The translations under genes were made by a program, and so were the position numbers. Below the pieces are notes generated by a model. It ran no database searches. It worked only from the letters and a program-made list of their open reading frames with translations, and was not told the DNA's origin. Below, in pieces: positions 29,217 to 39,612 of a stretch of 64,000 bases of DNA (positions are counted from its first letter, which is position 1; each line of letters opens with the position of its first letter). The DNA lies in contig CAWDSQ010000030.1 in NCBI GenBank assembly GCA_963804955.1, positions 1 to 64,000 of the forward strand, in the 5' to 3' direction. Source of the DNA: an uncultured delta proteobacterium (GTDB taxonomy: Bacteria; Desulfobacterota; WTBG01; CAIYCZ01; CAIRTM01).

Positions 29217-29358
29217 GCCCAACATAAATTTATATGGATATCCGTATTTTCCGGAAAATAGCCCTGAGCACGTACCTTTGTGCTTAGTAAAATTGGCAAA
29301 TAGATCGTCTTATTAAAAGATTTTTATCTATTACAGGATGTTATATGGATATCCGTAT
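29217..29358 (-). other. attI-like recombination site with an 18-bp direct repeat
   Basis: Minus strand ATACGGATATCCATATAA-ATTTAT-GTTGGGC just before the first cassette gene; TTATATGGATATCCGTAT at 29230 and 29341. Confidence 0.55.
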
Positions 29359-29522
29359 AACATGGCTGTTTCTCTAAAATGGCTGATTATTTTGTCTTTA
29401 CCCCGGGTTGCAGGAATGCAGAATAGCACCAGTTAGTTAGTTCGACAAGCGTATATTTTGATATTCGCATTGGCTGGATATTCGATTTCTTTGGTGTGCG
29501 CTGCGCATTCTGCGGTCTTCTT

Positions 29523-29800
29523 CCCCCTTTACAAAAAGGGGGATACAGGGGGATTTTTACAGGCCACCAAATCCCCCCGCCCCCTTTGCTAAAGCATTTA
29601 ACAAATTACTATAACCATTGTTCATGAGTTGACGAGAAACACAGACCTCGGTCATTCCGGCTTGCCGGAATCATTTTTCTGCACACCAAAAGGGATTCCC
29701 GTCAAGCGGGAATGACAAGAATAATGTCATACAGCTAACGCATGCAACTCTTTTTCGATTTTCGGTTACAAGATTTAGTTAAATGCTCTAAAGGGGGATT
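29523..29800. mobile_element. CCCCC/GGGGG REP doublet interrupted by a 197-bp MITE (29592-29788) with TA duplication
   Basis: TIRs AAGCATTTAAC / GTTAAATGCTC; TA on both sides; the empty site equals the intact copy at 13714-13735. Confidence 0.78.
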
Positions 29801-29858
29801 GTACGGCTAAAAGCCGTTGCGCCACAAATTCCATTTCGCCGATATTGAAAGGAGGTTT

Positions 29859-30691
29859 TCAGTGCTTTTCCGTTTCGGGGAAATACCTGTCCAGAAAGTC
29901 TTTAAACCCCTGCACGCAGAGCTCGCCTGACACCAGAATCCCCTCGTTGTGATCGCCCCTGATCTGAAGGAACTGCTTTGGCTCGGCTGCTTTTTCATAA
30001 AGCGTGAGGCCCATGTCAAAGGGAATTATTTCGTCATCGGGGCTGTGGATGATAAGCTTGGGAGCTGTGATTGCGGGTATTCTGTCGATGGTGGCATAGC
30101 TGAATTTTGAAAGCAATTTAACCGGCAGAAAGGGGTAGAGCCTGCCTCCAAGCTCGGGTATGGAGGTGAAGCTCGACATGAGGATAAGCCCGCCGGCACT
30201 GTGCCGCGAAGCGATTTCAGCTGCCACGGCGCCGCCAAGCGATTCGCCGAAAAGAATGATTTTTTCCGGCTTTTTTTTCTTCAGTTCAACCAGATAGCGC
30301 CAGGCAGATTCCGCATCGCGGTAGGTCCCTTTTTCGGAGGGTTGGCCCGTGCTGCCGCCATAGCCGCGGTAGTCAAAAATCAGCACGCTCAGGTCCAGCC
30401 TGTTGAAGATATCTATGGAATCGAGGCGGTAGGAAATATTGCCGCCATTGCCGTGGCAGAAAAGCAGCACGCCGCGCTCGTTTTCGGCCGGTATCCACCA
30501 GGCAGCCAGGTTTGTCGTCGTCGTGTTGTCAGATGCACCTCCTCGAAGGCCAGCTGTAGGGCGGCAGGGGTTACGTCAATGTCTTTTAACGGAAAATAGA
30601 GCAGCCGGTCCTGCAGAAAGTACACAAGCAGGAGCATGCCGGTATAAAAAATCAGGCAGGCAAGAGCGATATCAAAAAGCATTTTTTTCAT
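29859..30691 (-). CDS. Alpha/beta hydrolase (frameshift near 30510)
   Basis: HGNGGN, DYRGYG, GESLGG, IHSPDDEIIP and GDHN motifs; N-terminal TM anchor. Confidence 0.9.
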
Positions 30692-30704
30692 AGCTCGTCT
30701 TCAT

Positions 30705-30797
30705 TAGAGCATTTAATTAAATCTCATAGCTGAAAATCAGAAAACAGTTGAATGCGTTAGCTGTATGACTTCATTTCTTGTCATTCCCGCTTGACGG
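30705..30797. repeat. Inverted partial copy of the MITE right half (29699-29790)
   Basis: TAGAGCATTTAATTAAATCT...GCGTTAGCTGTATGAC...TTCTTGTCATTCCCGCTTGACGG aligns to the reverse complement of 29699-29790. Confidence 0.8.
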
Positions 30798-30933
30798 CCT
30801 GCACGGAAATCAAGAGCTTTTTTGGGGGGATCGGGATATCTGTTTCAATGGTTCGTCCCTCCTGCTTCAAACAATAGGTTTCCACCCCATCCCCAGTTTT
30901 AAGAGGGTATGTGCATAGAGCGCAGCCGGCAAG

Positions 30934-31560
30934 CTACCGATTCGACAGCGCAAGTTTCAGCGCAAGGCCGAGAAAGACAGCGCCTGCTATTTTATGCATG
31001 AAAGTCTGGGCGCGCGCTGACCGGTTCAACCACTGGCCAAGCGAGCCGGCCAGAACAGCTATGCCTCCGAAAACAACCAGTGTGGCGAGTATGAACAGGC
31101 CGCCCAGCAGCAGGAGCTGCAGCGACAGGGCGCCCCGGGCCGGATCGGCAAACTGAGGCAGGAATGCCAGAAAGAAGATGGATACTTTAGGATTGGTGAT
31201 GTTCATGATGATGCCGCGTCGATAGAGATGCCAGTGCTTTGTTTCACCGCCTGCGCCGGCCTGAATTTTTTCAGCAGAGGCATGAAAAGCCTGCCAGGCC
31301 AGCCAGGCAAGATAGCCTGCGCCGATGAATTTGAGGGCGGAGAAGGCTACTGCCGAGGTTTGAAAAATGACGGCCACGCCCAGGGCAACAGCCATGCTGT
31401 GGACGATGAGCCCCGTGCAGAGCCCGAGCATGACAATCAGGCCGGCATTTCTTCCCCTCAGGGCGGACTGCGTCAGCACGAATATATTATCGGGGCCCGG
31501 CGCAAGAGCAAGCAGCGTCGAGGCGGCTAAATAGGGTATAAGCGTTTCAAGGGGTATCAT
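30934..31560 (-). CDS. LysE/RhtB-family translocator
   Basis: APGPDN, LKFIGAGYL and NITNPKVSIFFLAFLPQF motifs. Confidence 0.93.
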   Translation of the reverse strand: MIPLETLIPYLAASTLLALAPGPDNIFVLTQSALRGRNAGLIVMLGLCTGLIVHSMAVALGVAVIFQTSAVAFSALKFIGAGYLAWLAWQAFHASAEKIQAGAGGETKHWHLYRRGIIMNITNPKVSIFFLAFLPQFADPARGALSLQLLLLGGLFILATLVVFGGIAVLAGSLGQWLNRSARAQTFMHKIAGAVFLGLALKLALSNR

Positions 31561-31669
31561 AGAAGCTTTTCATTTTGTTTGATGATTCTGCAGGCCCTGT
31601 GTTTAAAAACTTTTGTGTCCGTCCAACAGGTATTTCCCTTCCTGATCAGGAGGGGCCGGGTAGGTTTTC

Positions 31670-32419
31670 TTACAATCCCGGCTCAAGGCCCCGCAGAAGG
31701 GCCAGCACGTTTTTCCCGAGCACGCTGTGGTTGTAACCGCCTTCAAGTATGGCAAAGCAGCCGCCGTTGCAGGCCCGTGCCGCATCGCGCACCATACGGC
31801 CCATGGTTTCATAGTCCTGCGTTTTCAGAAGCCCGCCCCAGTCATCCTCGTGATGGTCAAAGCCCGCCGATATGCCGATGATATCGACCTTCAGACCACA
31901 GAGTTTTTCCTCGATTTCCTTGATATAGCCTGCACGGGTTCGGTTGGCCGGGTTCAAAATCTGAACCCAGTCTGTAGAGCCCAGTATGTTTATGGTTCCA
32001 TCGCCATTGTGCAGATCAAAATCGAGCACAAATGCGGTCTTTATGAGCTTTTCGTTTTTCAGGGCGGTAAGCGCCACGGCCATGTTGTTGAAATAGCAGA
32101 AGCCCCAGCAGGAGCTGGCCGAGGCATGATGACCCGGGGGCCGGATGAGGGCAAATGCCGGCTCGGTAAGGCCAATGCGGCCGGCCTGTATGGCGCCGCC
32201 CGCGGCAAGGGCTGCGATGTCGTAGACGCGTTCGAGCTTTACCGATTCGATATGGTCGATGCTGTGGGCTCCGCGTATTTGGTCAAGGGTTGCCTGTTCG
32301 GCAGTGATGAAATCAACCTTACCCTGTATGGCGGAGACAATGGCTTCCAGGCGGCCCGGCTCTGCCGCGGGGTCTGAGGTGTATTCGCGGTAGAAGTCTT
32401 CGTTGAAGATGACTTTCAT
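31670..32419 (-). CDS. Histone deacetylase-family amidohydrolase
   Basis: RPPGHHA, GFCYFNN, DFDLHNGDGT, SAGFD and LEGGY motifs. Confidence 0.92.
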   Translation of the reverse strand: MKVIFNEDFYREYTSDPAAEPGRLEAIVSAIQGKVDFITAEQATLDQIRGAHSIDHIESVKLERVYDIAALAAGGAIQAGRIGLTEPAFALIRPPGHHASASSCWGFCYFNNMAVALTALKNEKLIKTAFVLDFDLHNGDGTINILGSTDWVQILNPANRTRAGYIKEIEEKLCGLKVDIIGISAGFDHHEDDWGGLLKTQDYETMGRMVRDAARACNGGCFAILEGGYNHSVLGKNVLALLRGLEPGL

Positions 32420-32637
32420 GCGGATTCCTCCCTCTGATGAATCAGCAGAAATCAGGGCTATTCTTCATTTTCCCATTTTTAAAATCGGCGTGTGCCGCGC
32501 ATCGCCGGTTCAGTACAAATTTACAGAAAAGAGGGAGCGAGAAAATTTCCCCTTTTTAGCAAAGGGGGATTACACAGGCTTATTTTTTCGTATAAAATAT
32601 TACCCCTTTTTTTGAGGGGAGCTGTACTCTGCAGGTG

Positions 32638-34341
32638 CTAGAGCTCCTCATTCGCAGGCAGGCGTTCCTGCACCCAGGGCAGGGAGCTGCTGACGATTTT
32701 CCGGGTCATCCGCTGCAAGAGGGCGCTGTTTTTCAGAATATCAACTGCCAGCGGCGACAGGCGGTAATAGAAATTGATAAATGCCCTGCCCGAAGCAGAC
32801 CGTGCAAGAACCTCGTCGCGGTACCGGCGCAGTGTTATGATCTCTGAAGCAGTATCAGGGAAAAGAGAGTCCACGGCGCAGAGCGGAATGAACTGTATGA
32901 TAACAGTGGCAGGAGGGCTGCCCAGCTCGCCGTCGTTTGCAATGTAGGTAAAGTTATCCGAAGTAAAGTTATCCGTTCCATTAAAGCCCTTGTCCGGCTT
33001 GTATCTGAATGAGCCGTTTTCTCTCAGGACAAGCTCGCCGTGAAACGGGCCGGTGACAAGCAACGCCGTGAGCGGATCGCCGCTGGGGTCGGTGTCATTG
33101 GCAAGAACGCCCGGCTCAGGGATATAAAGGGGCAGATACCGGTTGGTGCTGTAGTTGTCGGAAACTGCAACCGGAGCGGTGTTGCCCATAGTCAGCGTGA
33201 CGGTCACAGCGGTTGTGTTGTCGCCGCCGGCAAGCGCCTTGTACGTGAAACTGTCGGTTTCGTTGAAATCGTCCTCAGGTAGGGTATAGGTAAAAGAGCC
33301 GTCGCTTTTTAAAGAAAGCGTTCCGTGGGACGGGCCCGTTACCAGCTTGGCGGTCAGCGGATCGCCGTCGGGATCGCTGTCATTGTAAAGAACCCCCGGA
33401 GCGGCGGCGGTAAATACAGACTTTATGCCGACGGTGTAGGAGTCCGGTTGAGCCTGCGGGAGGTCGTTTGCGCCGCGTAAAAAGGGGTAGGTAGAGCCAT
33501 CGAAAATTCCCCACACGGTTGTGAAATCCCATCCCGCAGCGGTAAAGGTGGCGCGCTTTTTCATGTCGGCCGTCGTCTTGCCAGTGCCGCCTGCGGAGCT
33601 GCTCTGGCCCGAGGTGCTGATGTCCCAGAAGCAGTTTGATATTGTCGCATTCGTGTTGTAGCCGATCAGCCCGCCGGTCCAGCTCTCGCTGCCGGTTACT
33701 TTGCCCGCGCTGAAGCAGGTGCTGATGGGGGTATTGACATTATAGCCCACCAGTCCGCCGACACCCCCGTTGCCGCTCACTGAGCTTGTGCTGTAGCAGT
33801 TGGAGATAGAAATAGGAAACAGGGCCTGGCTCCGCCCCACCAGACCGCCGACATATGAGTTCGCGCTCACCGAGCCTGTGGTGGAACATTGTTTGATGGT
33901 GCAGTTGTAATTATATCCCATCAGCGCGCCGGTATAATTCCTCCCTGTTACTGTAGCATTATCAAGGGCCAGATTTGCTAGTGTTGCAAGCTCGCCATCG
34001 ACATACCCGAACAGGCCGACATAGTCAGCATCCCCACGATTTATGAAAAGGTTGCGTATAGCGAAGCCCTTACCGTCAAAGGAGCCTGAAAAAGGACTGC
34101 TGTCGGTGCCAATAGGCTCAAAACCCGCACCGCTGTTCCAGCTGCGCGTTGCCGAGGCATCGATGTCGCCACCCAGCTCATAGTATCCGTTGAGCGGGTA
34201 GCTTGCGTTGTTGCCGATTTCCTGCAGCTGCTCAATGGTCGTAATGGTCTGACCCATGACTGAAGCCGGCGCAGCCATGAACATCCCCATCATGGCAAGA
34301 TGGGCAATAAAAATAAGCGTTATAGAAGAACTGCGTTTCAT
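32638..34341 (-). CDS. Secreted GLUG-motif / cadherin-like (Ig) repeat protein with CFI-box-CTERM-like tail
   Basis: Signal peptide; repeated VGGLVG motifs; two GVLxNDxDPxGDPLTA...GSFTY repeats; tail LRRYRDEVL...GRAFINFYYRLSP. Confidence 0.8.
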   Translation of the reverse strand: MKRSSSITLIFIAHLAMMGMFMAAPASVMGQTITTIEQLQEIGNNASYPLNGYYELGGDIDASATRSWNSGAGFEPIGTDSSPFSGSFDGKGFAIRNLFINRGDADYVGLFGYVDGELATLANLALDNATVTGRNYTGALMGYNYNCTIKQCSTTGSVSANSYVGGLVGRSQALFPISISNCYSTSSVSGNGGVGGLVGYNVNTPISTCFSAGKVTGSESWTGGLIGYNTNATISNCFWDISTSGQSSSAGGTGKTTADMKKRATFTAAGWDFTTVWGIFDGSTYPFLRGANDLPQAQPDSYTVGIKSVFTAAAPGVLYNDSDPDGDPLTAKLVTGPSHGTLSLKSDGSFTYTLPEDDFNETDSFTYKALAGGDNTTAVTVTLTMGNTAPVAVSDNYSTNRYLPLYIPEPGVLANDTDPSGDPLTALLVTGPFHGELVLRENGSFRYKPDKGFNGTDNFTSDNFTYIANDGELGSPPATVIIQFIPLCAVDSLFPDTASEIITLRRYRDEVLARSASGRAFINFYYRLSPLAVDILKNSALLQRMTRKIVSSSLPWVQERLPANEEL

Positions 34342-34543
34342 AGAGTCCTCTCACTTATAAAATTACGATTATCCCCCCGCACTTTTCCTCCAGCACGGGT
34401 AAGCATGTTGTAGATGCACAGTATAGATGCAGAATCCTTACAGGTCAAGCCCTTCAAGGGATCCATATACTATTTAAACCCTTTAGCACTGATTATGTAT
34501 CAAAGATATTTCACAAGCCGACCGGATCAGGCAGCCATTGTAG

Positions 34544-34621
34544 TGTCTTCAGAAAACCATAGCTTCTGACGATGGCTTATCTGAAGAAGGCATCTCAAAC
34601 ATGCATAGCGGGTGGCTGTTG
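34544..34621 (+). ncRNA. Second copy of the structured motif found in the typA leader
   Basis: TGTCTTCAGAAAACCATAGC...CTGAAGAAGGCA...AAACA...AGCGGGTGGCTGTTG shared with 21708-21831. Confidence 0.45.
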
Positions 34622-34758
34622 ACTTTGGAATGCGGAATATGGATTTTTTAATGCGGCTGTATGACACAATCCTCAATCCAAAATCGATTGGAGCCTCTCG
34701 CTTGTTGCCGTGTGCTGTATGCCCCGGCCGGGGTTTTATCGCCGGCTCATAAACCGGG

Positions 34759-35625
34759 CTAGACGATTTTTATCAGGTTCAAAGCCAGATATACCAGATT
34801 CTTCAGATAGGCCGGGTGCAGCTTTTGAGCTTTTTTGAGATAGGCAAGTCCCTCCGGTCGATTGCCTTTTTCGATATAGTGGCGGCCGATATAGTGGCAG
34901 GTGTCGGCAATGCGGCGCCGGTACATGTGCAGAGGGATTTTCTTTTTCAAATAGTTCTTTTCAAGCACTTTGAGGCGGTGGAGGCGGCCCGTGAGGCTGT
35001 CGGTGCTCATGCCGTCGGTGTTGTCGACATAAACGGTGAGGGGCTCATTGATGAAGCCGACGGCAAACTCGGCGGCAATCCGGAGCCAGTAGTCGTATTC
35101 CTCGCCTTCGCGCAGCGCCTCATCAAAGCCCCCGACCTTTTCAAGGCATGTGCGCGTGATGACGGCGGAGGATGTACGGATGAAGTTTTTATTGAAAAGG
35201 TCATAGAGTATCCAGCCTGATTTGCCGGGCCGGTTTTTTTCGCGGTAGGTGCCGTCAATCTGCACGGAACCGCACTGGCATGCGGCCATGCCGTATTCGG
35301 GATGCTCGCTGAACAATGCCATTTGCCGTTCAAGCTTGCCGGGCAGCCAGTAGTCGTCGGAATCAAGAAAGGCGAGATAGTCGCCCGCAGCCTGGTGCAT
35401 GCCTGCATTGCGTGCGCCGGCAATGCCTTTATTGTTCTGATAGAAATAATGCACCTTCGTACCATAGCCCGCCTCGACCACGGCTTTCGTGTTGTCCTGT
35501 GAGCCGTCGTCGAGTACGATAATCTCAAAATCCTGGTATGTCTGGGCAAAGACCGAATCAATGGCCCTGGTGATAATTTTTTCGCGGTTGTAGGTGGGGA
35601 TGATAACGCTGACCAGGGGTGCCAT
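34759..35625 (-). CDS. Glycosyltransferase family 2
   Basis: VSVIIPTYNR, LDDGSQD, ARNAG, FLDSDD and EEYDYWLR motifs. Confidence 0.93.
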   Translation of the reverse strand: MAPLVSVIIPTYNREKIITRAIDSVFAQTYQDFEIIVLDDGSQDNTKAVVEAGYGTKVHYFYQNNKGIAGARNAGMHQAAGDYLAFLDSDDYWLPGKLERQMALFSEHPEYGMAACQCGSVQIDGTYREKNRPGKSGWILYDLFNKNFIRTSSAVITRTCLEKVGGFDEALREGEEYDYWLRIAAEFAVGFINEPLTVYVDNTDGMSTDSLTGRLHRLKVLEKNYLKKKIPLHMYRRRIADTCHYIGRHYIEKGNRPEGLAYLKKAQKLHPAYLKNLVYLALNLIKIV

Positions 35626-35756
35626 GGTGTCCTCTGCAAAAAGTTGGCGGTGCACATCCGCAAAACCGTACCTTATCAAAAATCAGCATGATGCTCAAGG
35701 CTTTACGACTGAAGCGGGCCATATGCCGGGTTATGCCGCCATGTGGTGATATTCAA

Positions 35757-35784
35757 TTGACAAGAAGGATTTTTCTGCTAATGT
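35757..35784 (+). promoter_or_regulatory. Putative sigma70 promoter of the arg/lys operon
   Basis: TTGACA-N16-TAATGT with TG extension. Confidence 0.45.
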
Positions 35785-35827
35785 TGAAGTTTTGATGCGG
35801 AATTATGAAGAAGTAAAGGAATTTCAA

Positions 35828-36751
35828 ATGCAAAAGGACCTTTTGCGCATATACGACCTGTCCCGTGCGGACATGGACAGCATTTTTGAGCGTACTGCCG
35901 ATCTCAAGAAAAAGAAGAAAAACGGCACGACCTATGAGCCCCTCAAGGGCAAGACCCTCGGGATGATTTTCGAGAAGGCCTCCACCCGCACGCGCGTGTC
36001 ATTTCAGGTGGGCATGTTTCAGCTCGGCGGCCATGCCATTTACCTTCGCTGGACGGATATGCAGCTCGGGAGGGGCGAGTCGATAGCCGATACGGCCCGC
36101 GTTCTTTCGCGCTATCTTGACGGCATTATGATCCGAACCTTTGCGCAGTCAACGCTTGATGAGCTGGCCCGCCATGCCGATATACCGGTCATTAACGGGC
36201 TTACCGACCTGTGCCATCCCTGCCAGATCCTGGCCGACCTGTTCACGGTGATTGAAAAGAGGGGCTCCTATGACGGGCTTAAGGCGGTCTATATAGGCGA
36301 TGGCAACAATATAGCCCATTCCTGGATCAGCGCCGCCCTGCGCCTGAACTTCGATCTTACCCTTGCCTGCCCGAAGGGCCATGAGCCCGATTCGGCCCTC
36401 CTCGAGCGCGCACGCAGGGAGGCAACTTCGAAAATCCTTATGATGCAGGACCCTGTTGAGGCTGTGAGCGGCGCTGATGTGATTATCACCGATACCTGGG
36501 TGAGCATGGGCCAGGAGAAGGAATACCGCGAGCGCATCAAGGCATTTCAGGGCTATCAGGTGAATGAAAAGCTTTTGGAGCGGGCCACAAAGGATGTGCT
36601 GGTGATGCACTGCCTGCCCGCCCACCGGGGCGAGGAGATAACCGACGAGGTTATGGACGGCCCTCATTCGGTGGTGTTTGACGAGGCTGAAAACCGGCTG
36701 CATGTGCAGAAGGCGATTCTGGAAACTATGCTGATGTGGATAACGAAGTGA
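35828..36751 (+). CDS. argF: Ornithine carbamoyltransferase
   Basis: STRTRVSF, HPCQILAD, TDTWVSMG, HCLPAHRG and EAENRLH motifs. Confidence 0.96.
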   Translation: MQKDLLRIYDLSRADMDSIFERTADLKKKKKNGTTYEPLKGKTLGMIFEKASTRTRVSFQVGMFQLGGHAIYLRWTDMQLGRGESIADTARVLSRYLDGIMIRTFAQSTLDELARHADIPVINGLTDLCHPCQILADLFTVIEKRGSYDGLKAVYIGDGNNIAHSWISAALRLNFDLTLACPKGHEPDSALLERARREATSKILMMQDPVEAVSGADVIITDTWVSMGQEKEYRERIKAFQGYQVNEKLLERATKDVLVMHCLPAHRGEEITDEVMDGPHSVVFDEAENRLHVQKAILETMLMWITK

Positions 36752-36927
36752 GCATAAGTGGCTTCGCCCTGATGCGCGATTTGTAGCATTTGTTTGGCTG
36801 GGTTAGTGCAGCCAAGTTTCTTCTGGCTTACGACCTGCAAAAATAGGCTCTGTTACGGCGCTGATAGCATTGTGTTCAACCCAAAACAACAATCTAAAAT
36901 CTGAATTATTGATACAGGAGATGCGGT

Positions 36928-38148
36928 ATGAGTGAGTATAAAAAGGTTGTGCTTGCCTATTCAGGCGGGCTTGATACGTCGGTTATTTTGAAGTGGCTGC
37001 AGGAGCAGTATCAGTGCGAGGTGATAGCCTTTGCAGCTGATGTGGGGCAGGGCGAAGAGCTTGACCCTGTGCGCGAGAAAGCAATGAAGACCGGCGCAAG
37101 CAAAATTTATATCGAGGACCTGCGCGAGGAATTCGTTCGGGACTATATATTTCCCATGCTGCGGGCAAATGCGATTTACGAGGGCACGTATATGCTGGGC
37201 ACCTCGATTGCCCGGCCTTTGATCGCCAAAAAGCAGGTCGAGATCGCCATTGCCGAAGGCGCCGACGCGATTGCCCACGGCGCCACGGGCAAGGGCAATG
37301 ACCAGGTGCGCTTCGAGCTGACGGCCTATGCGATCAAGCCCGATATCAAGATCATCGCTCCCTGGCGCCAGTCAAACTGGGAGCTCACCTCCCGCACCGC
37401 AATGCTCGATTATGCTGCAAAGCACGGCATCGACGTGCCGGTGACGGCTGCCAAGCCCTACAGCAGCGACCGCAATCTGCTGCATATAAGCTTCGAGGGC
37501 GGCATTCTTGAGGACCCGTGGAATGAGCCCCTGGATGATATGTTTCTTTTGAGCGTATCGCCGGAGAAGGCGCCTGATAAGCCCACCTATGTTGAAATCG
37601 ACTATGAGCAGGGTAATCCCGTTGCCGTCGACGGCAAAAAAATGAGCCCGGCTGACCTGCTGGCGCATCTGAACAAGCTTGGCGGCGCAAACGGCGTCGG
37701 CCGGGTGGATATTGTCGAGAACCGCTATGTGGGCATGAAATCGCGCGGCGTGTATGAGACGCCGGGCGGCACGATTCTTCACGCTGCGCACCGCGCCGTG
37801 GAATCCCTCACCGTCGACCGCGAGGTCATGCATTTCAAGGACAGCATGATGCCCAAGTATGCCGAGCTTGTGTACAACGGCTACTGGTTTGCCCCTGAGC
37901 GTGAGATGATGCAGACAGCTATTGATGATAGCCAGAAGTATGCGACCGGCACGGCGCGCGTGAAGCTCTATAAAGGCACCTGCTCGGTTGTGGGCCGGAA
38001 GTCGCCCTACAGTCTGTATCGCGAGGATATTGCAACATTTGAGACGGATTCGGTGTATCAGCAGGCTGACGCCACCGGGTTCATCCGCCTTAACTCACTG
38101 CGCCTGCGGGTTCAGGCAGCAGCCAAGAGGAAGCAGCATGGCGGGTAA
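36928..38148 (+). CDS. argG: Argininosuccinate synthase
   Basis: [31 protein letters not shown] and [10 protein letters not shown] motifs. Confidence 0.97.
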   Translation: MSEYKKVVLAYSGGLDTSVILKWLQEQYQCEVIAFAADVGQGEELDPVREKAMKTGASKIYIEDLREEFVRDYIFPMLRANAIYEGTYMLGTSIARPLIAKKQVEIAIAEGADAIAHGATGKGNDQVRFELTAYAIKPDIKIIAPWRQSNWELTSRTAMLDYAAKHGIDVPVTAAKPYSSDRNLLHISFEGGILEDPWNEPLDDMFLLSVSPEKAPDKPTYVEIDYEQGNPVAVDGKKMSPADLLAHLNKLGGANGVGRVDIVENRYVGMKSRGVYETPGGTILHAAHRAVESLTVDREVMHFKDSMMPKYAELVYNGYWFAPEREMMQTAIDDSQKYATGTARVKLYKGTCSVVGRKSPYSLYREDIATFETDSVYQQADATGFIRLNSLRLRVQAAAKRKQHGG

Positions 38149-39533
38149 GAAGCTCTGGGCAGGCCGGTTTTCGCAGGGTACGCACAAGGCGGTGGAGGAG
38201 TTCACTGTTTCGCTGCACTTTGATCACAAGCTCTATACATATGATATTCAGGGCAGCATCGCCCACTGCCGCATGCTCGGCAGGCAGAAGATCATTTCCC
38301 CCGTTGAGGCGAAAAAGATTATTGCCGCGCTGCAGCAGATCGGCCGCGAGCTTGATCAGGGCAAGCTTGCCCTGCGGCCCGAGTTTGAAGACATACATAT
38401 GCTCATTGAGTCGCGTTTAATAGAGAAGGTCGGCCCGGCAGGCGGCAAGCTGCACACGGCCCGCAGCCGCAATGACCAGATAGCCCTTGACGTGAGCCTC
38501 TACCTGCGCGATGCGGTGTCCGACACTATCGTGCTTGTAGACTGCTGCGCAGCAAGCGCTGCTCGGCCTTGCTGAGAAAAATATCGATGTTGTGCTGCCG
38601 GGATTTACCCACATGCAGCATGCCCAGCCCGTTCTGCTGGCCCATCATCTGATGGCCTACTTCGAGATGCTGGGGCGCGACCGCGACCGGCTCGAAGGGT
38701 GTTTTGTACGCGTTAACCGCATGCCCCTGGGCGCGGGTGCTCTGGCCGGCACGCCGCATCCTATTGACCGCGCGTATGTGGCGAAATTGCTCGGATATCC
38801 CGAGGTGACACGCAACAGCATGGATACCGTGTCTGACCGTGATACACAGATAGAATACTGCTCTTGCGCCGCGATTATCATGATGCATCTGAGCAGGCTG
38901 TGTGAGGAGCTGATTATCTGGATGTCCCCGGAGTTTCATTTCATAGATATAGCCGATGCTTTCTGCACGGGCAGCAGCATCATGCCGCAGAAGAAGAACC
39001 CTGATGTGGCAGAGCTCGTGCGCGGCAAGACGGGCAGGGTCTATGGCAACCTTATGTCGCTGCTGACGCTGCTGAAATCGCTGCCCCTTGCCTATAACCG
39101 CGATCTGCAGGAAGATAAGATTTCGCTGTTCGATACGGTTGAGACCGTAAAAAGCTGCTTGAATATAATAGCGCTTATGCTGCCGGAGATACAGGTCAAT
39201 AAGGACAGGATGCTCGCCGCAACACAGAGCGGGTTTCTCACGGCGACTGATTTGGCCGATTATCTGGTGAGCAAAAAAGTGCCCTTTCGCACGGCCCATG
39301 AGGTTGCGGGCAAAGTTGTAGCCTCCTGCGTGAAAACCTGCAGGAGCCTGTGGGATCTGAAGCTTTCAGAGCTGCAGCGGTTCAGCCCGGTCTTCAAGGC
39401 CGATGTGATGAACTGGCTCACGATCGAGGCTTCGGTGAACAGCAGAAAATGCACCGGCGGCACGGGTACGGCTGCGGTGAAGAAAGCTCTGGCTGCTGCC
39501 CGGGCAGGGTTAAAAAAACGCAAGAAGCTATGA
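38138..39533 (+). CDS. argH: Argininosuccinate lyase (frameshift near 38545)
   Basis: [40 protein letters not shown] and YNRDLQEDK motifs. Confidence 0.95.
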
Positions 39534-39612
39534 ACGTGCAAACTGTGCCGTTTGTCATAGAAACGGTGCGCGCAGCGCACCCTACCTTATACTAGAAACG
39601 AGCTGAAACATT

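Noticed and set aside
29360..29520. Integron integrase remnant
   Set aside because: No ORF or tyrosine-recombinase motif could be read in this interval.
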